Part shown: positions 39,933-49,696 of the stretch, piece by piece
How the letters are laid out: each line of letters starts with the position of its first letter
Position numbering within the stretch: position 1 is the stretch's first letter
NCBI GenBank assembly: GCA_963737265.1
Contig: CAVTRY010000013.1
Location: 192,001 to 256,000, forward strand
DNA: 64,000 nt
Source of the DNA: an uncultured delta proteobacterium
GTDB lineage: Bacteria > Myxococcota_A > Polyangia > Fen-1088
Reading direction: 5' to 3'
Translations under genes and position numbers: made by a program
Notes under the pieces: model-generated
Told to the model about the DNA's origin: nothing
Databases searched by the model: none
Seen by the model: the letters and a program-made list of their open reading frames with translations, nothing else

Positions 39933-41915
39933 TCAGAAATAGCCCATCAGCTCGGCCAGGGCCTCGGTGTAGAATCCGGTGGCGTTGCCGACGAAACGGA
40001 GCTGGCCCCAGCTTCCGAAATTGAGTGCCTGGCCCACGCTGACAACCGGGGCACGCCGCTCGTCGCCGAGGAAGTAGTAGATGTAGCGGCCCTCGGCTTC
40101 GGTCTGGAGAAAGCGTCCCAGCCGCAACACGACGCCGGCAAAGCCGCCCAAGCCAACCCGGAGGTGCTGTTCAAAGGGGGCCCCCGCGGCCACGTCGGCA
40201 TCGGTCATGACAAAGACCAGTACAGGATGCCCGAGCCGAAGTGCAATCCCGCCCCCGGTGTTGATAGCGCCGTAGCTGCAACGAAGCCCTGCACAGCCCA
40301 AGTTGCGGGCCTGGGCACCGCCGGCGCGGATGGTCCAGGCCGTCTTGGGGATCCAGCGATCGTAGCCGGAGACGGACAGGATGTTGAGCAGGTCGAGGCG
40401 CTCCGGAAACAAGGTCCGCGCTTGGTTTTCGAACCGGACGCGAAGCTGCAGCATCTCCAGCTCGGCGTCGTCGAGGTAGCCGCGCGCGGGGTCGAGAAAA
40501 TCATGCAGGGCCACGCGCAAAGAGAGCTCCTCGAAAGAAGCGTGTCCGCCGCCCGCCACGCCGCCCGCCATTCCCAGGCGCAGCGACCGGTGGCCCGTTT
40601 CCGGGGCATCGCTTGCCGCCGCAACCGCGGGCTCCAGCGGCGGCACGGAGGTTCGACCTCGCAGAATGAGGAGCTCGCGCTCTTTGCGCAGAAACTCGGC
40701 CGATGGCTCCTTGGTCAAGCCCTCGCGAAACCGCAAGAGATCGGATGCAGTATCGAGGATGCGCGCCTGCCTTTGCCTCGACCAGTCGGCGATGAGCCCC
40801 TGCGCCTCGCCTCCGTGCCGGCTCAGCGCCTCGACGACCTGGACCTCGCCGCCAGTCAACTGCGCCTTGCGCTTCAGCAACTGCGCACGCAGCGACGGCC
40901 GGACCGTGCGCGCTTTCACCAGGCCGGGAACGGATAGAATGGCGCGCAGGGTTTCGGTGGGCACGACTGGGCCGTGAAAGCGCTCGCTCAGCCGCAGGTC
41001 AGGATCCGCGACCTCGAGCAATTCGAGCAAGAAGTAGGAACAGTTCTCGGTAACGAAGTAGTAGTTGAAATGGGTGCTGCGGGTTTCCCAGGTGTGCGCC
41101 ACCAGCCGTTCGGCCTGCACCTCGGTGAGCGCCAGCTCGTATTCCCACAGGTCACGGCTTTCGATGTGCGAGTACTCCTGAATCTTCACGTAGTACGGCA
41201 TGACGTAGAAGTGGCCGGCAAAACCTCCGAAGATTCCCCTCCACGCGTAGACGAGACCATTCTTGGTGTTCTCGTCGGCGGCAAAGTTGACGATGTAGTC
41301 GATGAGGCGATTGCCTTCTCCAGTTCGGCGGGTCAGGCGCAAAAAGGTGTGGCCGTACATCGAAGCCGGACTGTTGATGTAGGCGGACGAGTAGACGAAC
41401 GCGACCTTCTCCGGCGCGATGGTCCGACGCCACAGATCGAACATGGGACAGGGCTGCGCCGCAATACGTTCGGGATCGATGGCCAGCTCCTGTCGGAGCC
41501 AGGACCATCGCGCGGGAAAGCGACACTGCGCATGCTGGCTGGACTCGTCGCTTGGGGCGCCGGTCTTGGCCCCTTCGGCAAAGGCGGCCAGGGTCGCCAT
41601 CAATTCGGCTTCCGGATCGGTTTCGCCCGCAGCGCCGGCGAGAAAGAATCCCGGTCCGTCGGCGCTGCTGCGCCAGCCGCCGAGCAGGGTGGGGTGGTAG
41701 TGAAGCAAGACCTGCCACATCCGCGAATGCGCTAACCCGTGCGCTCGCGCATGCGCCTGCAACTCGGCCAGGTAAGGCTGTTGCGCCGCCGCGGCCGGTG
41801 ATGGGCGCAGCCCGACGCTCGCACCAAGAACGGCAAGCCCCAACAGAAAAACGTCCAGGCATTCCGCTTGGGAGCGCCTGGACCATCGGTTGTGCGTGAT
41901 GTTTGCGACGGCCAA
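39933..41915 (-). CDS. DUF4105 (Lnb-like periplasmic domain) outer-membrane protein
   Basis: QCRFPARW, SPASMYGHTFLR, ESRDLWEYEL, YYFVTENCSY. C-terminal GYF. Confidence 0.85.
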   Translation of the reverse strand: MAVANITHNRWSRRSQAECLDVFLLGLAVLGASVGLRPSPAAAAQQPYLAELQAHARAHGLAHSRMWQVLLHYHPTLLGGWRSSADGPGFFLAGAAGETDPEAELMATLAAFAEGAKTGAPSDESSQHAQCRFPARWSWLRQELAIDPERIAAQPCPMFDLWRRTIAPEKVAFVYSSAYINSPASMYGHTFLRLTRRTGEGNRLIDYIVNFAADENTKNGLVYAWRGIFGGFAGHFYVMPYYVKIQEYSHIESRDLWEYELALTEVQAERLVAHTWETRSTHFNYYFVTENCSYFLLELLEVADPDLRLSERFHGPVVPTETLRAILSVPGLVKARTVRPSLRAQLLKRKAQLTGGEVQVVEALSRHGGEAQGLIADWSRQRQARILDTASDLLRFREGLTKEPSAEFLRKERELLILRGRTSVPPLEPAVAAASDAPETGHRSLRLGMAGGVAGGGHASFEELSLRVALHDFLDPARGYLDDAELEMLQLRVRFENQARTLFPERLDLLNILSVSGYDRWIPKTAWTIRAGGAQARNLGCAGLRCSYGAINTGGGIALRLGHPVLVFVMTDADVAAGAPFEQHLRVGLGGFAGVVLRLGRFLQTEAEGRYIYYFLGDERRAPVVSVGQALNFGSWGQLRFVGNATGFYTEALAELMGYF

Positions 41916-42462
41916 CTAGCGCTTGGCTAAGGTCGTCGATAACTTGCCTTCGGCGCGGGCGATGGCCCGCTCGTCGGTGCAGCTTGCCGCAAGCGACGGC
42001 GATGCCTTGATCTGCTGCTTGACGCTCATGAGCATCTGGATGGGCGTGGTTGAGGTGCTGGGCACCAGTGTCTCGATCTTGTCCTGGGTCATCCTTGCGA
42101 AGGTCGGCTTGGCCGAGTCCTCGCAACCGAGCAGCGTAGCGAACGAAGCGAGGTACTCACCACCCCCGGCCGCCATGTTGGCTTTCAGATCTTGGAAATT
42201 GACCTCGGCGAACGCGGCCTGTTCGCGCTCGGCCTTGATGACCCCGCCGCTGACGCAGTTCGAAGTCCCAGATGTGATGCCGAAGGTTTGCGTACCAAAG
42301 AGACCATTGGTGGTGGCAGCAAGGACCTGCTTGAACATCGTTTGGTCGTTGCCAAACGCGATCGAATCCCAGGCCGCATCCAGCCATTCCGTATGGTTGT
42401 GCGTGGGCCGAGCCTGCAACGGACAGGGCTAACATTCCTACTGCAAGTGCGAGTGTCTTCAT
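41916..42462 (-). pseudogene. DUF3015-family exported protein with a +1 frameshift
   Basis: Signal peptide + YGMAGCGLG, then AATTNG...TFGITSGTSNC...GGGEYL in another frame. Removing one A at 42365-42366 restores GCGLGSIAF. Confidence 0.8.
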
Positions 42463-43062
42463 GGATTCAATCCTCCAACTCTAGTTACGACCGCATCCAG
42501 TAGACCCACCGTGGGTCGTCCCATGCATGCGGTGCGATGATTCTACTGAGGTTCGCTACACGTGCAATCATTGACTGAAGACGTGTCCATCAATCGCTCT
42601 CGTCGCCCGTCCGGCTGCGCAGCCCGCCCGCTTCGTTTCTCCTCGCTTACATAGCGCCATTTTTCCTTCACCAAATCGCGCTCTCGGATCCATAATAGAA
42701 GGCGTCACGTAGGTCTGGGCACCTGATCTACCCCCTACCCAGGCATTCACGGCGCGGTCATGGAAGCGCCCAAGCGTGTACCTGGCCTGTTGGACGAGGT
42801 ACGAAGCCCGATGGCGCACGCCCGATTTTGCGAGCTCGGATTCTGGTTTGTCGGTAATAATAAAGAGCCTCTTTCCAGTTTCGGTCGTTGAAGAACCACT
42901 TCCTTGGTACGTCGAGGCCGACGATAGGAAGAGAAGGGGGGTGCGTCAATCGGAAAAGCAAACCGCTTCGTTGCACAGGCGCGACACAAGCGCACTGGAT
43001 CGAGGCATGGCTTGCGTCGTCCTTGCCCGCTCGTACGTGCTGTGGCATGGTGATACGTACGC

Positions 43063-43317
43063 ATGAAAGCCGTCGCGGATAAGAAGACATTGAGGAAGCT
43101 AACCGCCTCGCGGTTGCGGATGGATGTGTACAGGGTACTCGACCGAGTGCTTGAGACCGGGGTTCCCGCCGAGGTCGAGCGACGCGGCAGGTTGCTGCGC
43201 ATCGTGCCCGCGGAGACGGTCGAGCGGCTCAAACGCCTTCCTTCCCGTCCGAACTTCATCAAGGGAGACCCGGAGGATCTGGTACACCTAGACTGGTCGC
43301 ACGCGTGGCGGCCATGA
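43063..43317 (+). CDS. Phd/YefM-family antitoxin
   Basis: LTASRLRMDVYRVLDRVLETG.P.EVERRG. ATGA overlap with the toxin. Confidence 0.8.
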   Translation: MKAVADKKTLRKLTASRLRMDVYRVLDRVLETGVPAEVERRGRLLRIVPAETVERLKRLPSRPNFIKGDPEDLVHLDWSHAWRP

Positions 43318-43691
43318 TCCACCTCGACACCCATGCTGTAGTTTGGCTCTACGCCGGCGATCTGACCCGTTTCCCGGCTGGGGCGCGCAAGCGGATCGAG
43401 CGCGAGGAACTCCTCATCTCGCCGATGGTGGCGCTTGAATTGGACTATTTGCACGAAGTCGGCCGGATAGCGGAAGGTGCCGCCACCGTGCTCCAGGACC
43501 TGGCGCACACGTTGGGGCTAGCCCAGGACGATGGAAACTTTGCCGCCGTGGTGACCGCGGCCAGGGCGTTCGCTTGGACCCGGGATCCTTTCGATCGGAT
43601 GATCGTGGGGCACGCGGCCATGGCCGGGGCCAGCCTGATGACCAAGGATCGAAACATCCGCCAGCACTACCGTCAAGCAGTATGGGGCTGA
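43314..43691 (+). CDS. vapC: VapC PIN-domain toxin
   Basis: HLDTH, ISPMVALE, RDPFDRMI, TKD. Confidence 0.88.
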   Translation: MIHLDTHAVVWLYAGDLTRFPAGARKRIEREELLISPMVALELDYLHEVGRIAEGAATVLQDLAHTLGLAQDDGNFAAVVTAARAFAWTRDPFDRMIVGHAAMAGASLMTKDRNIRQHYRQAVWG

Positions 43692-44089
43692 GTTCAGCCC
43701 CGAGCTTGCTGTGGACTGGCACTAGATGCCTGCCAACTCCCAAGTCTCGGGTCGGGCAGGACGTCAGGTGGATAGTCGGTACAAGCGCCATTTTCTTTTC
43801 ACTGAATCGTATCTGTTAGGAAGACCACCCGCGGCGGCTACCAGTTCAGCACGAACCCGGCGCCGTATATCCTGTGTGCGAAAACGTTTTGTGCGACGGT
43901 CACGGTTCCGACGGGCCTGGTCGAATTCTCCGCGATCGACGCCACCTCCGGCCTGACCTGGGACGCGCCCAATGCGGTGCCACCCGCGCAGAGCATCGGC
44001 CCGTGCACGTTCGGCAATTAGCGCCACACTCGGATCTCCTCGGCGGAGCCCGGTAAGCGATCGTCCCAGCAAAGGGCTATGCTAGGTCC

Positions 44090-44861
44090 ATGCTCTTCAG
44101 CGATACGCGCGCGCTTTCGCGGTTCGGGTGCAGCATGCTGGCTGCGGCGCTCGGGGTGAGCCTGCTCGTCTCGATCGGATGCAACGGCGGATCCGCCAGC
44201 ACCGCCGTCGGCGACGGAGCCTCCCCCGATCCGGGCTCGTGCAATCCCGATCCGCTGCGCACGAATCTTGCCCCCTTGTGGAATGGTCTCTCGGTGGACA
44301 TCGACGACTGTCCCATCCTCGCGTCCACGGCCAAGTACAGCGAGCCCGACGCCATGATCTTCAAGGCGATCATCTACGTCGAGTCGCGCTTCCAGTACGA
44401 CGCCGTCGGGTGCACCGGCAACGGGCCGTGCTGTCCGGCGCGCGGCTGGACCGCGTCCGAGTGTGCCTGCCTCGGCGCCATGCAGACCGGGCCTTGGTGT
44501 GATTCGTCGAACCTGCCCGCTGGGTGCACGGCGAGCGGGATCGGCTTGCTCCCGACCGGGCACGTGGACATGGAGACGAACCCCAGCGCCGCGAGCTGGG
44601 CCAACTCGGTCTTCAACCCCGTCATCAGCATCGAGCTCGGCATCGCCGGCATCGCCTGCAACCGCGCCCAGGCCAAGGCGCAATTCCGGGGCTGCACCGA
44701 GGATCAAGTACACGATGATGGCCATCGGCAACTTCAACTCCTACGGCAGCACACAGAGCTGCACGGTCTACAACTTCGCCTACGACGCCGCGGTGGTCGA
44801 TGCGTACAAGTCTTACTCGACCGCCGCTAGCTGGCCGGCCCACCCTTACGTGACTCAATGA
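44090..44861 (+). pseudogene. Cys-rich lysozyme/lytic-transglycosylase-like lipoprotein with a +1 frameshift
   Basis: Lipobox SIGC. Motifs KAIIYVESRF (catalytic Glu), LGAMQ, FNPVISI. Removing one A at 44706-44707 joins TEDQYTMMAIGNFNSYG. Confidence 0.6.
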
Positions 44862-44889
44862 CGGTCGTGCGCAACGCGCGAGCTTGAAC

Positions 44890-45535
44890 GTCGTCGTCGT
44901 GCGCTAACCGATCCCATCTGGAGCGCCCGCTGCTCGCCCGTGTCTTGGCTGGGACCGAAGCGCTTCCACGCGCCGCCTGTACCGCTCGAAGCGCTTCCCG
45001 CCATCGATGCCGTGGTCATCTCGCACGACCATTTCGACCACCTGGACATGGTCACGGTCCAGGCGCTGGCTGCCCGAGGCGCGCACTTCGCGGTTCCGCT
45101 CGGCGTTGGGGCACACCTTGAAGCGTGGGGAATTCTGCCCGCCAAAATCTCGGAGCTCGACTGGAACGAGAGTGCGGACGTCGCCGGCTTGCGTTTGACG
45201 GCCACGCCCGCGCGCCACTAATCAGGACGCAACCCTCTGCGCAAGGACAATACGCTTTGGGCTTCTTGGGTCGTGCAGGGACCACGACACAACTTCTTCG
45301 ACGGGTTCAAGACCATCGGCAGGAACTACGGACCCTTCGATCTGGCCTTGATCAAAATTGGCGCCTGCGATGTCACCTGGCCCGATATCCACATCACGCC
45401 AGAAGAGGCCGTGCAAGTGTTTCTGGATGTGCGTGGCAAGCTACTGCTACCCGTGCACTGGGGCACGTTCAATCTCGCGTTTCACGCCTGGAACGATCCG
45501 GCCGAGCGCGTCCTGGCCGCCGCGCAGACTTGTCA
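44890..45535 (+). pseudogene. MBL-fold hydrolase (NAPE-PLD/RomA-like) remnant
   Basis: LTDPIWS, ISHDHFDHLD, TPARH*SGR (in-frame TAA at 45219), PVHWGTF. No start codon, and the GDTG region is missing. Confidence 0.8.
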
Positions 45536-45714
45536 CTCCATCGCTGACCGAGAATTCCGGGCCACCACCCGCCGTGGACGCCTGGTGGCGCTGACAACAA
45601 GCCCCCTTACAACCACGGCGTGCTGGATGAAGGCGTTCTCTTCATCCTGCAACAAATTCCGGCCGCGCACGTCTCCCTTAGTATGATAGGGCACCCTATG
45701 AAAACGATTCCGCA

Positions 45715-46629
45715 ATGAGAAGCAGCATCGAGGTGGAGAATTTCAGCAAGCTCTACGGCGAATTCCGGGCCGTCGACGACATCTCCTTCAGCGTGGAAGA
45801 AGGATCCATCTTCGCCTTCCTGGGCCCCAACGGGGCGGGAAAAAGCACCACCATCACCACCCTCTGCACCATCCAGCACAAGACGCGCGGGACGTTGCGG
45901 ATCAACGGGAACGACGTGACCACGGAGCAGGCGAAGGTCCGCAAGGACATCGGGATCGTGTTCCAGGAGTGCACGCTGGATTCCAAGCTCACGGTGCGCG
46001 AGAACTTGAAGCTCCATTGCGACTTCTACGCCGTGCCCAAATCGGAGATCAAGGACAGGATCCAGTTCGTGCTGGGGCTCGTGGACATCGAGGAGTGGCG
46101 GAACGCGCCGGTCGGCGCCCTGTCCGGGGGCCTGAAGCGGCGCGCGGAAATCGCACGGGGATTGGTCCACTTCCCCAAGGTCCTGTTCCTGGACGAGCCC
46201 ACCACGGGTCTCGACCCCCAGACCCGCGCCAATGTCTGGGACTACATCAAGAAACTCCAGAAGCAGAAGAACATCACCATCTTCCTCACGACCCACTATC
46301 TGGAAGAGGCGGAGATCTGCGACCAGGTGGCCATCATCGACCATGGGAAGATCGTGGCGCACGACACTCCGTACAATCTCAAGAAGCAGCACACCCGGAC
46401 CACGACCAGGATCAAGACCTCCGACCCGGAGCCCCTGCTCCGGTATTGCGCCGAGAAGTCGCTCCCCGTCGCCAGGGAGAGCGAGGGGATTTCGATCACG
46501 TCGACGGACATCGGCGCGGTGATGGACCTCGTTGCCATCTTCAAGGATTCCATCCAGGACCTCGAAATCAACAAGGGAAAGCTCGACGACGTCTTCATTT
46601 CCCTGACCGGCAAGGAGATCCGAAACTGA
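45715..46629 (+). CDS. ABC-2 exporter ATP-binding protein (DrrA-like)
   Basis: GPNGAGKST, LSGG, FLDEPTTGLDP, TTHYLEEA. Confidence 0.93.
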   Translation: MRSSIEVENFSKLYGEFRAVDDISFSVEEGSIFAFLGPNGAGKSTTITTLCTIQHKTRGTLRINGNDVTTEQAKVRKDIGIVFQECTLDSKLTVRENLKLHCDFYAVPKSEIKDRIQFVLGLVDIEEWRNAPVGALSGGLKRRAEIARGLVHFPKVLFLDEPTTGLDPQTRANVWDYIKKLQKQKNITIFLTTHYLEEAEICDQVAIIDHGKIVAHDTPYNLKKQHTRTTTRIKTSDPEPLLRYCAEKSLPVARESEGISITSTDIGAVMDLVAIFKDSIQDLEINKGKLDDVFISLTGKEIRN

Positions 46630-47459
46630 TGCGCGCTATTCGAGCGATCCTGGCGAGGAACCTGATCAAGTTCTTTCGCGACAAGATGCGGTTTTTCTTT
46701 ACGCTGTTCATGAGTGGGTTCCTGCTTTTCGCCTTCTCGTTCGTGATGAAGTCGGCCGTCGCTGGTGTGGCGCACCCCATGAGCTACCTGGTCTCGGGCA
46801 TCATCATCATGACCGTGTTCCAGACGGCGCTGAACAATTCCATGAGCATCCTGGAGGACATCTCCACCGGCTTTATGAAGGAGATCCTGGTGGCACCCAT
46901 CGCCAGGTGGCAGATCGCCGTCGGACAGGTCCTGTCTTCCGCGGTCCTGGCGGTCCTACAAGGCATCATCGTCCTGGTGGTGGGGGTCTTCATGGGCCTC
47001 AACCTGGATCTGGTTCACTTCGTCCTGATGGTGTGCCTCATGCTGCTGGTGGGGGTTACCTTCAGTTCCCTGGGACTCTTCCTCGCGGCGCTGTCCAAGG
47101 AATCCACCACATTCCAGATCATGATCTCGGTCGTGACCATGCCTCTCACGTTCCTGTCGGGCGCCTACATTCCCACCACGGTGCTCCCCGCCGTGCTGCG
47201 ACCGATCGTCTACTTGAATCCCCTGACCTACGCCACCTCCATGTTCCGCTACACCGCGCTTCACCTGGAATCCATGACCACGCCTGAGTTGGTCAAGGCG
47301 GGCGTGGCTTTCGACATCCACGGGTTCGTGGTGCAGCCCTACGGCGGGGTGCTGATCACCCTGGCCATCGGCGCGACGTTCTTCGGCCTTTGCGTAAACC
47401 AGTTCCGCAAGGCCGACTTCTCGCGCGTCACCGTGTTCAAGCGAGGACAGCACCGGTAG
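46629..47459 (+). CDS. ABC-2 exporter permease
   Basis: Six TM segments, GFMKEILVAPIAR, FLSGAYIP, NPLTY. Overlaps the ATPase stop. Confidence 0.9.
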   Translation: MRAIRAILARNLIKFFRDKMRFFFTLFMSGFLLFAFSFVMKSAVAGVAHPMSYLVSGIIIMTVFQTALNNSMSILEDISTGFMKEILVAPIARWQIAVGQVLSSAVLAVLQGIIVLVVGVFMGLNLDLVHFVLMVCLMLLVGVTFSSLGLFLAALSKESTTFQIMISVVTMPLTFLSGAYIPTTVLPAVLRPIVYLNPLTYATSMFRYTALHLESMTTPELVKAGVAFDIHGFVVQPYGGVLITLAIGATFFGLCVNQFRKADFSRVTVFKRGQHR

Positions 47460-47499
47460 TGATGGCGCGTGCGGCCGCGCATCGCCTGACCATCCGTGG

Positions 47500-47855
47500 T
47501 GATCCCCGACCGAGGGTAGTTTCGTCGTCGCCCTGATCCCCGACCGAGGGTAGTTTGGGTGCCGTGATCCCCGACCGAGGGTTGGTGATCCCCGACCGCG
47601 TCGTGATCCCCGACCGAGGGTAGTTTGGGTGCCGTGATCCCCGACCGAGGGTAGTTTGAGCCGATCCCCGACCGAGGGCAGTTTCGTCGTCGTAGCGTCC
47701 GGAATTCGTCCCGGTGATCCCCGACCGAGGGTAGTTTCGTCGTCGTAGATGATCCCCAGGGTAGGTTCGTCGTCGTAGCGTCCGGAATTCGGACGTACCT
47801 TGTGCCGTTCGGGGGACATCATCGCCCTCCCAAAGTACCCCCGGATGCGGAATCC
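47500..47855. repeat. Cluster of ~9 left-end copies (TGATCCCCGACCGAGGGTAGTTT) ending in one near-complete ~110-bp IR element
   Basis: Copies share a 5' end at about 47500, 47534, 47565, 47586, 47604, 47635, 47663, 47715 and 47750, and are truncated at variable 3' positions. Confidence 0.9.
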
Positions 47856-47927
47856 AACCGAACCGCGCCTCGGCGGAGGGCGGGGAGATGCAGACTAGCT
47901 AGGAGGAGACGGACATCCAGGTTCCGG

Positions 47928-48191
47928 CTACGCCTCGACGAGCAGCACCAGTGTCTCGGCCAGCACCCCATCGTGCGCCATCGCCTCGGCGGCACCTGGC
48001 GTGCTCATCGCGGTCTTGAGAGCATTCATGTCAGGAACCTCCATTAGCACCCCGACGCGAGTCGGATTCTGCGGGTCGACGAATTTACGAATGCCACTGA
48101 CACCGAGGGGACCGAAAAACTTCTCCCGCATGGGCGAGGCGAGCCAATGCTTGGTGTCCTTCACGTGATGACAGCCGATGACGGCGGGCAT
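47928..48191 (-). CDS. Small hypothetical protein (probable dimeric alpha-beta barrel)
   Basis: 87 aa with AGGAG RBS: HHVKD.KHW...DPQNPTRV...AMAHDGV. Confidence 0.7.
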   Translation of the reverse strand: MPAVIGCHHVKDTKHWLASPMREKFFGPLGVSGIRKFVDPQNPTRVGVLMEVPDMNALKTAMSTPGAAEAMAHDGVLAETLVLLVEA

Positions 48192-48257
48192 GTTCTATCT
48201 CCTACGCAACGCATCTCCTACGCAACGCACGCGTTGGCGCCGCAGATGTGTTGTGAA

Positions 48258-48278
48258 AATCAAACCGCTGGTTTGATT
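48258..48278. promoter_or_regulatory. Palindromic operator-like site
   Basis: AATCAAACC-GCT-GGTTTGATT, perfect 9-bp arms, about 70 bp upstream of the 87-aa gene. Confidence 0.5.
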
Positions 48279-48296
48279 CGCTACCTCACCAAAGCC

Positions 48297-48450
48297 ATCC
48301 CCGACCGAGGGTAGTTTCGTCGTCGTTTGATCCCCGACCGAGGGTAGTTTCGTCGTCGTAGCGTCCGGAATTCGGACGTACCTTGTGCTGTTCGGGGGAC
48401 ATCATCGCCCTCCCAAAGTACCCTCGGATGGGGATCTGGGATGGGGAATC
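48297..48450. repeat. Second ~110-bp IR element with partial end copies
   Basis: GATCCCCGACCGAGGGTAGTTT...CGTCCGGAATTCGGACG...AAAGTACCCTCGGATGGGGATCT. Confidence 0.9.
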
Positions 48451-48451
48451 T

Positions 48452-48587
48452 GACTCGCGATCTGCCTCGGCCTATCGCGCGCCACGCGCGAGCTTGCCAT
48501 CGCCGGCATCAAGCAGGCGAATCCTGGCCGCATTCTCCCGGACCACGAGCTTCGCGAGAAGCTCGCCGAGCGCCTCTACGGTGCCGG
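48452..48587 (+). pseudogene. Fragment of a small antitoxin-like protein
   Basis: LAICLGLSRATRELAIAGIKQANPG...ELREKLAERLYG, with no start or stop, abutting IR elements on both sides. Confidence 0.5.
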
Positions 48588-48880
48588 TGATCCCGCTGAT
48601 CCCCGACCGAGGGTAGTTTCGTCGTCGTAGCGTCCGGAATTCGGACGTACCTTGTGCTGTTCGGGGGACATCATCGCCCTCCCAAAGTACCCTCGGATGG
48701 GGAATCTGATGGGGAATCTATGGGGAATCTAAAGTACCCTCGGATGGGGAATCTGGATGGGGAATCTAACATCTCGGATGGGGAATCTAACATCATCGCC
48801 CTCCCAAAGTACCCTCGGATGGGGAATCTGGGAATCTAACATCATCGCCCTCCCAAAGTACCCTCGGATGGGGAATCTAG
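48588..48880. repeat. Third IR element followed by ~8 nested right-end copies ending in GGGGAATCT
   Basis: Variable 5'-truncated copies of CATCATCGCCCTCCCAAAGTACCCTCGGATGGGGAATCT share the same 3' end. Confidence 0.9.
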
Positions 48881-48882
48881 GG

Positions 48883-49044
48883 ACGGCCTGCCCACAGCAC
48901 CTTGGACAACCCTGTGGGTTGCCCACATGCCCACAGCCACAGCAACGACTTTTTGTGTAGAATCAGATCCGGATCACAAAACGTCACGGGGGGCGACATT
49001 TTCACTGAACCGTTGAGGGGTGACATTTTCACTGACCTAAGACA
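48883..49044 (+). mobile_element. Isolated IS end (IS1202/ISNCY/IS481-like)
   Basis: GACATTTTCACTGA twice (48995 and 49022, 27 bp apart), terminating ...CTAAGACA. Preceded by TGCCCACA repeats. No transposase. Confidence 0.55.
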
Positions 49045-49100
49045 CGAAGGTGGCGAGAGGTTGACCTGAGATCCGGCGCGGGCCATCATGGCCTGGCCAC

Positions 49101-49562
49101 ATGCTGGATCTCTACGACGAGTTCGCGGCCCTTATCGGCGCGCTGGAAGCAGCGGGGGCCGAGTACGCCGTGTGTGGCGGACTGGCCATGGCCATCCATG
49201 GTCTCCCCAGGGCAACCATCGACGTCGATCTCGTCGTTCCGCCGAACGCCGCCGAGCGTGTGCTCGCCTGCGCGCGCGACCTCGACTATTCGATTCCCGC
49301 AGACCCCATGAGCTTGGCCGGTGGGGCAGTCGAGATCAGACGCGTGACGAAGATCGATGCGGCTTCCGGCGACCTGCTCAGTCTGGACCTGCTTCTCGTG
49401 ACCCCGGCCATTGAGCGCATCTGGAGGCAAAGAACGCGTGTTCGCTGGGAGCGGGGCGAGCTGTGGGTGGTTTCGCGCCAGGGCCTGGTAAGCCTCAAGC
49501 GCCTGCGCGGTTCGGGTCAGGACCAGGACGACATCAAACGCCTCGAAGGAGACGGAGAATGA
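49101..49562 (+). CDS. Nucleotidyltransferase-family protein
   Basis: YAVCGGLAMAIHG.PRATIDVD (GG...DxD) and LVSLK...QD..DI. Confidence 0.85.
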   Translation: MLDLYDEFAALIGALEAAGAEYAVCGGLAMAIHGLPRATIDVDLVVPPNAAERVLACARDLDYSIPADPMSLAGGAVEIRRVTKIDAASGDLLSLDLLLVTPAIERIWRQRTRVRWERGELWVVSRQGLVSLKRLRGSGQDQDDIKRLEGDGE

Positions 49563-49696
49563 AGGTCGACATGTCGCCTTCTGCCGTCACCGCTCGCCTT
49601 AGACGAGTTTCCCAACTCCGCCGTCTCTGCCTTGCTCTTGGAAAAGCTACGGTTGTGGTCGCTCCGCCCGCGGTGACGCCTCCGACGGGTCAGTAG
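49559..49696 (+). CDS. 45-aa basic protein coupled to the nucleotidyltransferase
   Basis: MKVDMSPSAVTARLRRVSQLRRLCLAL, ATGA overlap, GGAG RBS. Confidence 0.6.
   Translation: MKVDMSPSAVTARLRRVSQLRRLCLALGKATVVVAPPAVTPPTGQ

Noticed and set aside
42560-43060. Possible gene upstream of the Phd-VapC pair
   Set aside because: Short frames with no recognisable motif or RBS; probably debris.
43700-44050. Short coding-like tails (IYGAGFVLNW* on minus, GLTWDAP...FGN* on plus)
   Set aside because: Too short to assign; at most gene remnants.
47500-47760. CRISPR array
   Set aside because: Repeats are variably truncated, intervening sequences are short, irregular or reused rather than unique spacers, and no cas genes are in the window.
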